This document shows positions 52,180 to 64,000 of a DNA stretch of 64,000 nucleotides, one piece after another. The stretch covers positions 5,248,001-5,312,000 of the forward strand of contig CM000152.2 of the NCBI GenBank assembly GCA_000004695.1, read 5' to 3'. This DNA comes from Dictyostelium discoideum (lineage: Eukaryota). Made by a program: the position numbers and the translations under genes. The first letter of the stretch is position 1, and every line of letters begins with the position of its first letter. The notes under the pieces were generated by a model that searched no databases, was not told where the DNA came from, and saw nothing but the letters and a program-made list of their open reading frames with translations.

Positions 52180-54549
52180 ATGGCAAAAAAAAGAGTAAAG
52201 AAACCAAATACTTGGGATCCAAATTATAATAAAAGTAATAAAAAATCCAAATTAGAATCAAATGAAAATAAAGTTGAAACTAATAATAATAATGAAATAA
52301 TAATAGGTAATAATAGTGGTAGTGGTAATGATGCATATATAACAACAGCAGGTGATAAAAAGATTGATAGTAAGAACTTTTGGAATAATATTGAACCAAA
52401 GAGTGAAATATTTGAACAATACTACAAGGCAATGGGTATCATTGATAATGAAGAAGAGTTTAAAAAGATGTTTGAATTAATGGGTAAACCATTACCAACC
52501 ACATTTCGTATTAATACTACGATTGGAAAGAGTTTACAATCATTGGTAATCGATCAATTGAAAGAGTTGGTCAGTGAGAGTAGTGGTTATAAAGACATTG
52601 AAATCGATGGTGAATTGGTTGAATTGCCATCACCATTTTCATGGTATCCAAATGAAATGGCATGGAAATCGTCAATTCCAAAGAAATCATTTAAAAAGAA
52701 TCCAGAGTTATCAAAATTCCATCATTTCTTAGTCCACCACAATCAACAAGGTAATATCACTCGTCAAGAAGCAGTCTCAATGATTCCACCACTCTTTTTA
52801 GATGTTCAATCACATTATAACATTTTGGATATGTGTGCTGCACCAGGTAGTAAAACCACCCAAATCCTTGAAGACCTTCATATGAAACATAATTTAGAGA
52901 ATGAGGAAATCATTAAAAGATCATTAAAAGTCGATGGTGGTGATTCTGGTTCATCAAATGAAAAACCATCAATTTATATTCCAAAGGGTTGTATCATTGC
53001 AAATGATGTCGATACAAATCGTTGTTATATGTTGGTTACTCAAACCACTCGTCTTGGTAGTCCAGCAATTATCGTAACCAATCATGAAGCTCAAAATTTC
53101 CCATTACTCTACTCAAAGAATAGTGATGGTAGTGAATCCCCAATTTACATGGACAGAATTCTTTGTGATGTGCCATGTAGTGGCGATGGTACCACTAGAA
53201 AGAATCCAGAGGTTTGGAAAAAATGGACTCATGCAGGTTCAATTGGTTTACATCAACTTCAAATTAAAATTGCAACTCGTGGTTGTCAATTATTAAAGGT
53301 TGGTGGTCGTATGGTTTATTCAACATGTTCAATGAATCCAGTTGAAAATGAAGCAGTCATCGCTCAAATCATTCAAAAATCTGGTGGTTCTATTAAATTG
53401 GTTGATGTTTCATCACAATATCCATCATTAATTCGTAGACCTGGTCTTCATAGTTGGACTGTCATTGATAAGGCTGGTAATTTCCCAACCTTTGAAAGTC
53501 AACCGGAAGATAAAAAATATAAATTAAGTAAAACCCTTTGGCCACCAACACCACAAGAAGCAATCGATATGCATCTTGAATATTGTATGCGTGTTTATCC
53601 ACATCTCCAAGATACTGGTGGTTTCTTTATTGCTGTTTTAGAAAAAGTTTCAGATTGTCCAAATCAAATTGGTAAAAAAACTGGCCCATTAAATCAAATT
53701 GATAATGATCAAACTATAATAACAACAACAGCAACAACAACAACCACCGATAATACTACTACTACAGATGAAAAAACTACAGAAACAACAATAGAAAATC
53801 AACCAAAAAAACAAATTAAAAATGATAGACAACCAAAATTAAAAGAAAGAGATAAGAGACAAAAATTCTTTGAAGAACCATTTACAGTACCAAGTGAAGA
53901 ATTAAAGAAAGAATTGGATGTAGTTTCTAAATTTTATGGATTAATTGAATTTCCAATGGGTAATTTATTAACAAGAGGTAAAAATAGTCAAAAGATTTAT
54001 TGGGCATCAGATAGTGTTCTCTCAATCATTAGTAATGAATCCAATAACTCATTAAAGGTTATTAATTGTGCATTGAAATTATTCCAACGTCATGATGGTT
54101 TAGGTGCAATGGAATGTGCTTATAGAATATCACAAGATTCTGTACTTTGGATTGAACCATTCTTGAGCAAACGTATCATCACTATGACTCATGACGATTT
54201 GGTTATGATTTTCAAAAAGAATGAACCTTTCTTCACCGATTTCAATGAATCAATTTGTGATCAATTAAAAGCTATGGAACCAGGTTGTTTCGTTATTAAA
54301 ATTAGTGGTGCTTTACGTGAAACTCTATCATCAGGTATGGTTTTCTCTGCCTGGAGAGGTAAAGTTTCAATGCATCTTTTAGTTTCAAAACAAGAAATTG
54401 AATCTTATAAAGGTATTTTCCATGTCATCGATGATCCAGTATCTCCAACTAATAATACTGCTATCGAATCAGTTAAAAAAGATGAATCAAAAGAAATTTC
54501 TTCTGAAATTGTCCAAGATCAACCAAAAGAACAAAAAGATCAAAATTGA
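52180..54549 (+). CDS. RNA (cytosine-C5)-methyltransferase, NOL1/NOP2/Sun family, NSUN2/Trm4(Ncl1)-type
   Basis: SAM-binding motif LDMCAAPGSKTTQILEDL. Catalytic motifs IANDVDTNRCYMLV, RILCDVPCSGDGTTRKNPEVW (the motif IV Pro-Cys) and VYSTCSMNPVENEAVI (the motif VI Thr-Cys). The N-terminal FRINT and overall 789-aa length fit Trm4/NSUN2 rather than NOP2. Single exon. Confidence 0.8.
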   Translation: MAKKRVKKPNTWDPNYNKSNKKSKLESNENKVETNNNNEIIIGNNSGSGNDAYITTAGDKKIDSKNFWNNIEPKSEIFEQYYKAMGIIDNEEEFKKMFELMGKPLPTTFRINTTIGKSLQSLVIDQLKELVSESSGYKDIEIDGELVELPSPFSWYPNEMAWKSSIPKKSFKKNPELSKFHHFLVHHNQQGNITRQEAVSMIPPLFLDVQSHYNILDMCAAPGSKTTQILEDLHMKHNLENEEIIKRSLKVDGGDSGSSNEKPSIYIPKGCIIANDVDTNRCYMLVTQTTRLGSPAIIVTNHEAQNFPLLYSKNSDGSESPIYMDRILCDVPCSGDGTTRKNPEVWKKWTHAGSIGLHQLQIKIATRGCQLLKVGGRMVYSTCSMNPVENEAVIAQIIQKSGGSIKLVDVSSQYPSLIRRPGLHSWTVIDKAGNFPTFESQPEDKKYKLSKTLWPPTPQEAIDMHLEYCMRVYPHLQDTGGFFIAVLEKVSDCPNQIGKKTGPLNQIDNDQTIITTTATTTTTDNTTTTDEKTTETTIENQPKKQIKNDRQPKLKERDKRQKFFEEPFTVPSEELKKELDVVSKFYGLIEFPMGNLLTRGKNSQKIYWASDSVLSIISNESNNSLKVINCALKLFQRHDGLGAMECAYRISQDSVLWIEPFLSKRIITMTHDDLVMIFKKNEPFFTDFNESICDQLKAMEPGCFVIKISGALRETLSSGMVFSAWRGKVSMHLLVSKQEIESYKGIFHVIDDPVSPTNNTAIESVKKDESKEISSEIVQDQPKEQKDQN

Positions 54550-54984
54550 TAATTAAAAAAAAAAAATAAAAAAAAATAAAAAAAAATTAAAAAATAAAAA
54601 TAAAAAAACAATACATGGGGATGTAAAAATTTAAGTAATTTGTTCTAATCGGGTCAAATATTTTATCGGTTATATTCTCAGCTTTTTTTTTTGCTCCCCT
54701 TATAAAAATCTAATTAATTAACCCTTTTTTTCAAATTTTTTTTTTATTTCAAAAAAAAAAAAAAAAAAAAATATTTATATGACAACACCCACAATTTCTT
54801 TGATTTCTTTTGAAATTATTATTTGAATAAAAAATAAAAAAAATTAAAATAAAAATAAAAATATAAAAAATAAATAAAAAAAAAAAAAAAACCAAATTGA
54901 AGGGTTTGTGTTAAATTCTTTTTTAGAAAAACGGCAAACGTTAATTTTGTAAAAATGAGTTATAAATTTAAATATTGTGTGTTT

Positions 54985-55065
54985 CTTGGAGTATATCCAT
55001 ACACACACACACACAAACATACATAAACATACATACACATACATACAAACATAAAAAAAAAAAAA
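54985..55065. repeat. CA-rich compound microsatellite, (CA)n/(CATA)n.
   Basis: ccatacacacacacacacaaacatacataaacatacatacacatacatacaaacat. Confidence 0.85.
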
Positions 55066-55300
55066 ATTTAATAATTACAAATAAAATGAACTCAAAATTT
55101 TAGGTGAACTTGGTTTATTATAAGATGGTAAATATTTTCAATTCTTTCTTTTTTCTTTTTTCTTTTTTTCTTTTTCTTTTTTTTTTTATATTTAAATAAC
55201 AAATAATCTTAAAAAAAGAAATAATAAATAATTTTAAAAAAAAAAAAATTACTAATAAAATATATTTTTATATTTTTATTAGTACCTAATAGTTTCAGAA

Positions 55301-55382
55301 ATGACACTATTAAATTATGTCGAAATTTCAAGAGATTCAGTTTATCAGCAAATATTAATTTTATTAGATTCTCTTCTTAACG

Positions 55383-55458
<76 letters not shown>

Positions 55459-56512
55459 TAATAATAATAATAATAGTAATAATAATAATAATAATAATAT
55501 TTTTACTCAATGTAAAAACTTAATAAAAGAACCACAATATTATGTCTCAAGAAATGAAGGTTTGAGACTTAATTTTGTATCAAATAAAAGTGTAGACCAC
55601 AAAATATTTGATCCAATTAGAAAAAATAATGAAAATATTGAAAAAATAAAAAATTTAATTACAGATCAAGATGAATCCTTAATTCATTTGAAGAAACTTT
55701 TAAGTCGATATCAAGAATTAAATTTATCATATATAGAAAGAGCAGTTAAATCCTTTGATGAATTTGTATTTAAAAAATGTCCCTTGATAACCGGAGAAGA
55801 TTTGGTAATTAGAGAGATGTTATCATTAGATTTAGCACTCACAATAATACCTTTTGATAAACTTAATGAAAGAATTCAGAAAAAAAATAAAATAGGTACA
55901 AGTCCCGGTACCAATTTCCAAAATAAAATTTATTTCAAACTTCATTTACGTGACTCAAAATTATTGTGGCCTGTAAAAGAGTTTGCAGTTTATCAATTAT
56001 CAAATGATTTATTCTTTCAATTTTCATCACCATCGACAATTATATCAGACCTACCAATAACTTGTTTTGCACCAACGGAAATAGTTGTTATATCTAAAAT
56101 CCGATTATTGTCAGAAGATTCTGGTGAATCAAAACCAAGAAAAAAGTTAAATAAATTTAAGAATGAAAAAAACTTAATATCAATAAATGATGTGTATATA
56201 GAAGATCCTGGTATGGAAGAAAAAATAGAAAGGTCAAAAAAAGATTGGAATTTATTTTTTCAAGCTTCTAGAATTGTAGATGGTATTAGTTTAGATGATT
56301 TATTAAATAATAATAATAATTATAATAATAATATACAGGATACTATTAACTCTTTAGATGATGAAAGTTATGGAATGCATATATTAATATATTTATTAAT
56401 TTTACCAAGTGATGTTAATGGAAATAACATTTTTATCAAGAATAATAAATTATATGGTATAGATAGTGGTGAATGTCTAAATGATGAAATAGAGTTAACA
56501 GAAAAAGCATGA
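55301..56512 (+). CDS. Hypothetical protein: N-terminal poly-Asn, C-terminal degenerate PI3K/PI4K-like catalytic-loop motif
   Basis: ATG at 55301. The C-terminus HILIYLLILPSDVNGNNIFIKNNKLYGIDSGECLN resembles lipid-kinase motifs GDRHNDNIMV...LFHIDFGHFL, but with DRH and DFG replaced. The same motif recurs in the next gene. Confidence 0.45.
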
Positions 56513-56534
56513 ATATAATGTCCTATTTAAAAGT

Positions 56535-57020
56535 ATGTTATTCACATTTGAATCTAGAATGGAAAGAGTTGTTAATCCAAATGTTACTAAAAATTTTTTA
56601 GCTTGTCAACCTAATACTACTATTATTAATTGGTTATTAAAAATTCATCAAAAAAATGAACATTTAAAAAAATTAGTTGATATGTTTTCAGTCAACCAAG
56701 AATCTAGAGCCAAATCATACTCTGATTTAAATTTACCACATCAATTTAAAAAAGGTTGGGTTACTTTAATGTTAAATAGATTTCATTTAATTAATCAACA
56801 ACTGCAATTTAATATCACTAATAATAATAATAGTATTGAAATGAAAACCTACCAAGATTTATTTAAAGTGACACTCCCAATTTCATATCATTTCTATAAA
56901 GCAATATCAATAAAAATACCCAATGATCCTATCAAACAATCATTGTCAATTTTTGATAGAGAGTTTTCAATTGATCAATTATTTAAAGAATATTATCCAA
57001 ATTTAAAATTTGAAGAATTA

Positions 57021-57080
<60 letters not shown>

Positions 57081-60000
57081 TTAACAATTTTTGAAGAAAT
57101 TGAAGAAATAATTTTTATTAGTAAATTGGAAGATTTTAAAACATCAAATGAATTGGTAAAATGGTTTGAATTAATTTTTGAAATTAATGAAAAAGAAAAT
57201 ATAAAGATTAGATTGGACGACTCATTTTTCAAATCAAAGAAATTAACATTGGTAAAACTTTTCAAAGGTAATGCATCATTTGAGTTGGTGAATAAATTTA
57301 TTAGAATTACAAATTTAAATATTGAAAATTTAAATTCCTATCAAATTGGTGATAGTGAACCAATTCTTCATAGAGTTATAGAGAATATTGATTCAAATAA
57401 TTTAAATATCATATTGGATCAAATTAAATTCATAGTTAATATATTAAATGTTTCAGTTGATTTAAAATATAATGATGATACAGTTTTGGATTTATCAGTC
57501 CGTAGAAATCAATTTGAAGTTTTTAAATTATTACTTAGTTTGGGTGCTGGTAAAAATTGTAAATCTGAATTAATTATAAATTACTACCAATCATTTTCAC
57601 CTAATCAAAAAAGGGAATTCAAGCCATTTTTACAATATCTTTATAATACAAATCAAAGGGTAGCATTTAACATTTCTTTAAATACATTATTAAAACCATT
57701 GGATTCAACTACAACTATTAATAATAGTGATAATGGTAATAGTAGAGCAAATAATATTATATCAATTGTTCAAGGTGGTAAAAGAATATTAACCGATCAA
57801 CATTATAATTCATTATTTAGTAAAGATGGTAAACCAATTAAACCAGAAAATCAGAATGGTAAAAGACCAGTTCCATATATTCAAGATGAATATGGTAATT
57901 GTATATTTTTTAAGTTTGAACCACAATTTCCAAGTAACGAGATTGCTATTCATTCATTTTCCGAGTTTCTTGGATATGAACAATGTTCACCATGCTGTGT
58001 ATTGGCATCAATTAATGGTGAGCCAGTGTTGTTAATTCAAAAGGTATTGGGGATAGAATTAGTTGAGGTATTATATAAAAAACCTGAATTACTTAATCAA
58101 ATCGATCAGTTCAATCTTCATATGCAATTTATTATTTCAATGTTAATTAATGACGGTGATGGAAATTTAGCAAATTCATTTTTAGTTGAAACCAATTCAA
58201 GTGATCCAAAGAAAAAGTATAAATTACAAACTATCGATAGGGAACAAGCATTAATGCCACCTATAACCAAATCAATAAAATCATTAAAATCACAATTCAA
58301 TAAAACATTACAAGCTGAAGATGTATTATTATTATTTGATCAAATGAAAGATCCAATTGATAAAAAAGTTATTGAACATTTTAAAGGTTTAGATATTGAT
58401 GAAGTTTGTAAAAATTGGTTAGATTATTTAAAAAATTTTCATGAAGCTTCCATATCGCATTTTGAATCAAATAGAAAACAATTAAGAAAAACAAAGAAAA
58501 CAATGGTTGGAATTGCATTTGGAGGTGATATGATGAATAGACTATATTCCAAGTTGGCTCGTCTTCAATATTATTTACAATTAACAAGTGAAAATGAAAA
58601 TGGTCATATTCAAATTAAAAATCATATAGATTTGCTTGAAAAATTAGAACCAACCATTGCAAATAAAGTAAAATCAATAATTTTTAATGAATCATTAAAA
58701 CCAATCAATAAAAGATTTGAAAGATTAAGGTTAATAAATGAGACTGAACATAATAAAAACTCATTATCATCATCATCATCAAAAGATGATATTAAGGTAA
58801 AATTGGCGAGATCTATGAATCCTTCATCTCATTTATTAGAGTCTTTAGATATTCCAAATGCACACTTAATATATAAAGAAATATGGAAAGGTAAATATGG
58901 ACCAAAGAAAGCATTAGAACAATTTGAAAGGATGAAAATTAAATATTCAAATATTCAAAAAAAATTTGAAGCATTTGAAAGTGGTAATTTATCTGAAGTT
59001 TCAGATTTTCATTTAGAAAATTATTTAAGGTTAATAGATTTTAAAGAACTTTCAGAAGAACAACAGAATTTGATTTTCAATTCATTTTATCAAAGAGAGA
59101 TGAGGTTTTTCTCTATTAGGAATAGTTCTTTATTTTCTTTAAAATCAATCAGACAACCATTTAATTTTAATGGTCTCATAGAGATTGAATTTTTAAATTG
59201 CAGTAATTTGGATTACATTGGTGATAGTGGTTTCTCAATTGGCAAAAAGGCATTATCACTTCCATCTTTAAAGATTTTAACTTTAGTCAATTGTTCAAAT
59301 TTAACTATGGTTAGGATAGATTCACCACAACTTAATTCATTCACAGAGTATTCATGTTCCAAACTTGTTCAACTCAAAATAAAAGCACCAAATATTGAAA
59401 CTATAAAATTAAAGAAATCAATTACAAATTATAATATCTTATCAAGTTTTTCAAATCAGTTTAAATTTAATGTTCACTTATCTGTAGATAAAAAGGATGA
59501 TGAAGCTTATTTCACTTTTAGATTTACTAATCAACTTCAAATTGAAACAAACATTTTATCATTTAGATCTAATAGAGATAAACATTTTGAAAATAATAAA
59601 AATAAACCACTAGAAATTAGTATAATCTCTTCAATTGTTCAGAAATTAATAATTAATAATCAATCAATACCTCTTGGTACGATGGTTTCAAATGAATTAG
59701 AATCACTTGAATTAAATAATATTAAATCACCATTAGATATAGGCTCAATCCCATCATCAATAAAGGATTTATCCATTTATAATCCTTCAAATAGTATAGA
59801 ATCATTTAAACCAGGAATGATTCCAAATGGAGTTGAAACACTTCGTATTGATTGTAGTCAACCATTAGAAATTTATTCAATTCCTTCTAGTGTAAAGAGT
59901 TTACATCTCTTTAATTTAAATGTTTCATTGATTCCAAATTTAATTCCTTATGGCGTAGAGTTCTTGTACCTTTATAATTTTAAGAAAACTATAGAGATTG

Positions 60001-61508
60001 GATCCATTCCAAACTCTGTAAAGTATTTTACAATTCATAATGGTTTAAGTCAAGAATTAATACCTGGAATAATTCCAAATAGTGTTACCAATTTAGAGTT
60101 GTATGATATTGAAAATCCATTAATGGTAGGGTCCATCCCAAATTCTGTAACAACTTTAACAATACACAAAGGGTTTAGTCATAAATTAACGGCTGGAATT
60201 ATTCCTGATAGTGTTTTAAAACTTTGTTTAGATTCAATTATAGAGCCATTGGAATTAAATTCTATACCACATTCAGTGAAAGAATTAATTCTACATTCAG
60301 GATTTAATCAACCTTTAAATAATATTACCATTCCTTATGGTGTAGAAAATCTTCAATTACATAATACAGAAAAGCCATTAGAAATTGAATCGATCCCCAT
60401 AACTGTAAAGCATTTAACGATAAATGGATTTTATCATCCTCTAACTTTTCGTATAATTCCAAACTCTGTCGAATATCTTAGTTTATATGATTTTCAAAAA
60501 GATTTATATATACCAAATTCCATCAAGTCTTTAACATTAGCAGGTAGATTCAAAGAAAACTTTGTGGTTGGAACTATACCATCATCAGTTGAAATTTTAA
60601 AGATTCTTGATGATTTCAATCAAAGGTTATATTCAGGAATCATTCCAGATCATGTTAAATATCTTCATGTCCATAACATTATGTATCCATTAACAGTTGA
60701 TTCTTTCCCAAGATCTTTAAAAATTCTATCTATTCACCGCGGTTATAGTTTCCCATTGGAGCCAGGTACATTTCCCATTAATCTTGATTCCTTACATATA
60801 TATGACATTTCTTTTCCTTTGGTTAAAGGATCAATTCCAAACTCCACACTTCAATTAAAAGTATTCGATTTCAGACACCCTCTAACTGCAGGTATTATTC
60901 CAGAGGGCGTCGATAATATTGAACTTCATAATGTGAAAGGTCCTGTTAAGGTTGGATCAATTCCAAAATCAACTATTACCCTAAATTTAAACAATGGTTT
61001 CAATCATCCTTTAGTACCAGGTCTCATTCCTGATGGTGTTCGATACCTTTACATTAATGGTATAAAAAAAAAACTTCAAGTTGGATCAATACCAAAATCA
61101 GTTTTTCATTTAGCATTTTTAGATGACTTTAATCAAATATTGAAAGAAGGAATTATAGGTTCAGGAGTTGAATTTTTATTTTTTGGGAATTTAAAACAAA
61201 GATTAGAAATTAGATCTATCCCAAATTCAGTTAAAGGTTTGACATTAAAAAATGGGTTTAATCAAGTTTTATTACCAAAAATAATTCCAACAGAACTTGA
61301 AGTTCTATATTTGTATGAAGTTGGGAATCAAGTATTTCAATATGGATCAATACCTCACACACTCAAAGAAATTAAGATTTATAATGAATTTAATATACCA
61401 CTTAATCCTTGGATAGTACCTGATGGCATCAAAACTCTTACAATTCAAAATCCTTCTTTAAAAACTGAAAATATATCATGTAAAACCAAATTAATGGAAG
61501 AAGATTAA
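56535..61508 (+). CDS. FNIP-repeat-containing protein (1657 aa) with an N-terminal atypical (PI3K/PI4K-like, probably degenerate) kinase-like domain
   Basis: The C-terminal ~650 aa hold about 25 tandem ~22-aa FNIP repeats (…GFNQPLNNITIPYGVENLQL…, …DFNQRLYSGIIPDHVKYLHV…, ...SIPNSVK.L.L...F...L..G.IP..V..L), a Dictyostelium-typical repeat class. The N-terminal region has FIISMLINDGDGNLANSFLV...YKLQTIDREQAL, a paralog of the motif in 55301-56512. Confidence 0.7.
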
Positions 61509-61985
61509 AAACAAAATCAAAAATTTATGGATAAACCAGATTATTTAAGTAGGAAAGGTATACAAGAATTAGAAATGCACCATATTCACCAAATCAAGAG
61601 TTTTTAAAAGATGGTAGATATCATTAAAGAAGATACTCATATACGCTGGCATTCCAACCAACATTTGAAAAATGATTACCAATCATTTTTCAAAAAGAAA
61701 AATTTGTATTGGTATTGGATTCTGGTCATTGCAATTTAGACTCTCCTCAACTAAAATTTCAACGACTTCAAGTTGCAAATAAATGTATAATAATAATAAA
61801 AAAAAAAAATGTATTTTCAATATTTAATTATTAAATATAAATAAATCTGTATCTTTATTAGTGTGTTTTTATTCTAAAATTAACTTTTTAAAAAAAAAAA
61901 AAAATAAATCCCACAGCTAAATTTTTACCTCTTTTTTCAAATAATCTAATTCTTTATTTCCAAAAAAAAAATTCTTATTATGATA

Positions 61986-62837
61986 TTAATCAATTAAAAA
62001 AATTTCCTTTTCTTCTTTTTTATTAAAATCTTGTTGTTGTTGTTGTTGTTGAAATTCTTTTTCAATTTTTTGAATCTCTTCTTCATCATTATTATTTTCA
62101 AATGATTCATTTTGTTGTGAAAATAAACTTTTCATTTCTTGAACAGTTAATTTTGGATTTTCTTCCAATTCTATTTCATCATCAGTGAGGAAAGCATTTG
62201 AATTATTTTTTTTAGCGTCATGAAGTTTTAACATACCAACTTCTATAGTTTTTTTAATGATAAATCTTTTAACAAAGATATCACGAGTTTGACCAATACG
62301 ATCAACTCTACCAATGGCTTGTTCTTCAATTGAAGGTGTCCAACTTGGTTCCATTAAATAAACGATATTAGCTCTTTCTAAATTTAAACCAATACCACCA
62401 CATGTAATTGACATTAACATTAATCTTGGACCACCATTACCATTGTTTGATTTCGCTTGAAATGAATCAATGATTGCTTCACGTTTTGAAATTGGTAATT
62501 TACCATCGATTCTACAGAAATCAACATCTTTAATCCAATCATTTGCAATTAATGATTCTTCAATTAAATCTAAAAACATTGTCCAATGTGAAAAAACAAT
62601 ACCTTTTAATTGATTCTTTCCTTTTGCATTCTTTAAATTTGCTATTATATTCTTTTGAGAGTTTTTTAAAGAATTTATTTCATTTTCGTCTATAATTGAT
62701 CCTCTTTTCTTTTTACTATAATTATTATTATTTGATTTTATATCTCTCTTTCTTGTACCTTTCTTTGGTGTAATTTTAAATGTTTGTTCAAATTCTAATT
62801 CATCATCTTTGCTAACTAAATCATCACTATAATCACT

Positions 62838-62932
<95 letters not shown>

Positions 62933-64000
62933 CGTTATTTTTTATTGAAGAAGAGGAAGAAGAGGAAGATAAAAATGATAAATCATCTTTAAAAAGTAAT
63001 TTTTCTTTATCATCATCATCATCATCATCTTCATCATCATCATCACTATATTCTTCATCATTACCAATCATTGTTTCTTGAATATCTTTTAATAATGCTT
63101 TAATTTTAGTTGAAAATAATTGACATCTTACTGCTTTCATATTATCTAATTGATGTTGAAGTAAATTTGCACCGACATTTGAAAGTGTTAAATCAATTTT
63201 TGATTTAGTAGGTGTTGAAGCACCACCCATTTGAGACGATGATGATGATGATAATGTTGTTGAATCTTCTTTAAATTTATCAAATAAATCTTTTTGTTTC
63301 TTTTTTAATTGTTTATATTTTTCTTGTTGTAAATTCATAGTGAATTGTAAAGGATTTGTATCACATCTTTCACAAGAAACAATTGCATGAGAATTTAATT
63401 GATCATTAATTGGTCTTACCACCACCACCAATAAATAGATATAACATGCTTTACAATAAAGATGATCACAATCTGAAATTAATAAATTTTCATTATGAGG
63501 AGAAGGTATTTCTTCAAAACAACTTGAACAAAAGAATTGACCTAAATTTAAAGTTGATTGAATTGGTTTTGTTAATGAAGAATGATCACAACATCTTCTT
63601 AATCTTAAAATTAAATGTAACACTAAATTATAATGATGATTTAAATCACCACGATCTTGAATCCTTTCAAAAGTTTCATTTGAATCTTTAAATACCAAAC
63701 TATAAGCATCGGATTCATTTTGATCGAATTCCAATTCAATGATTTCTTCATAAACTTGATTTTGTTGAATTCTAACATCTTTTTTAGACCTTGATAAAAT
63801 GATTGGATTTAAGTATTTCTTTAATATTTTTTTCTTTTCAGATTGATCTTGAATCGATTCAACTAATTTCCTCCAAGTTGCAATATTTTTAGCTATTGGA
63901 AAAACATTTAAAAAGTATAACATTGGAAATAAATCTGTACAATTATTTTGATATGGAGTACCAGTTAAACACCAACGATTAACTGAATCTAAATTTTGTA
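61986..64000 (-). CDS. SNF2-family ATPase with an embedded RING finger (Rad5/Rad16/HLTF/SHPRH type); the 3' part of the gene, which continues beyond the window edge
   Basis: Reading upstream of the listed Met gives RWCLTGTPYQNNCTDLFPMLYFLNVFPIA (SNF2 motif III-IV), open to position 64000. The RING-like Cys/His cluster is CCDHSSL...CSSCFEEIPS...CDHLYCKACYIYL...CERC. The helicase-C domain reads ...VFSHWTMFLDLIEESL...RIDGKLPISKREAIIDSF...LMSITCGGIGLNLERANIVYLMEPSWTPSIEEQAIGRVDRIGQTRDIFVKRFII (motifs V-VI). A large Asn/Asp/Ser low-complexity insert includes (AAC)n at 62843-62935. Confidence 0.8.

Noticed and set aside
53084-53296. 70-aa ORF inside the NSUN2 gene in another frame
   Set aside because: It is out of frame with a strongly supported methyltransferase coding sequence.
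54786-54794. Perfect DUSE motif ACCCACAA downstream of the NSUN2 gene
   Set aside because: No plausible structured RNA lies 50-70 bp downstream (it is pure A/T there). It is probably a chance occurrence and is kept only as a low-priority note.
56993-58587. Minus- or plus-strand small ORFs inside the FNIP gene (56993-57265, 57826-58035, 58118-58300, 58381-58587)
   Set aside because: They are antisense or off-frame within a long supported ORF.
62839-63691. ORFs 62839-63081(+) and 63410-63691(+)
   Set aside because: They are antisense to the SNF2/RING gene. The first is the (GTT)n complement of its (AAC)n tract.

Overview
This is eukaryotic genomic DNA, almost certainly Dictyostelium discoideum. 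The evidence is roughly 75-80% A+T, gene-free A/T deserts, poly-Asn/poly-Gln coding microsatellites, short AT-rich GTAAGT...TAG introns, FNIP-repeat proteins and a Tdd-4-type transposon. Bacterial feature classes do not apply: there are no CRISPR arrays, operons or ribosome-binding sites. Note that the supplied ORF track uses bacterial start codons, so several listed 'M' residues are really TTG. It also stops at in-frame TAA codons that are actually part of GTAAGT splice donors (ATG/TAA/GT and AC/GTAAGA). I rebuilt the gene models by hand for this reason.

The centrepiece is a tandem array of three near-identical giant reducing type I polyketide synthase genes, all on the minus strand. I call them pksA (10026-18453), pksB (20803-29315) and pksC (37533-46049). 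Their domain order is KS-AT-DH-(linker)-ER-KR-ACP-terminal NAD(P)-binding reductase. The copies differ structurally: pksA lacks a 98-nt KS intron that pksB and pksC carry, and pksB has a 4-bp GATT-repeat contraction that frameshifts it into a premature stop, so it is a likely pseudogene. Between pksB and pksC sits a 3.4-kb DNA transposon with ~120-bp terminal inverted repeats and a 5-bp AAGGA target-site duplication (29911-33356). It encodes a spliced retroviral-integrase-like protein with an AT-hook and SPKK tail, so it is Tdd-4-like, apparently with its first catalytic Asp region deleted. Next to it are a Tc1/mariner-type transposase remnant and other repeat debris.

Other genes in the window:
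- a B-box/coiled-coil protein;
- a three-exon ubiquitin-like plus transmembrane (Herp-like) gene, reconstructed by hand;
- a five-exon secreted Gly/Ser-repeat gene with uniformly phase-1 introns;
- a truncated major vault protein paralog (N-terminal ~420 aa only);
- a pinin/SDK-like protein;
- eIF2-beta (two exons);
- an NSUN2/Trm4-type RNA m5C methyltransferase;
- two adjacent genes sharing a degenerate PI3K/PI4K-like catalytic motif, one with a long FNIP-repeat array;
- a partial SNF2 plus RING (Rad5/Rad16/HLTF-type) helicase that runs off the window end.

There are also numerous microsatellites, an inverted pair of degenerate tandem-repeat arrays bracketing the pksB-transposon segment, and a few ncRNA-promoter-like (DUSE) motifs, one of which sits ahead of a long hairpin.
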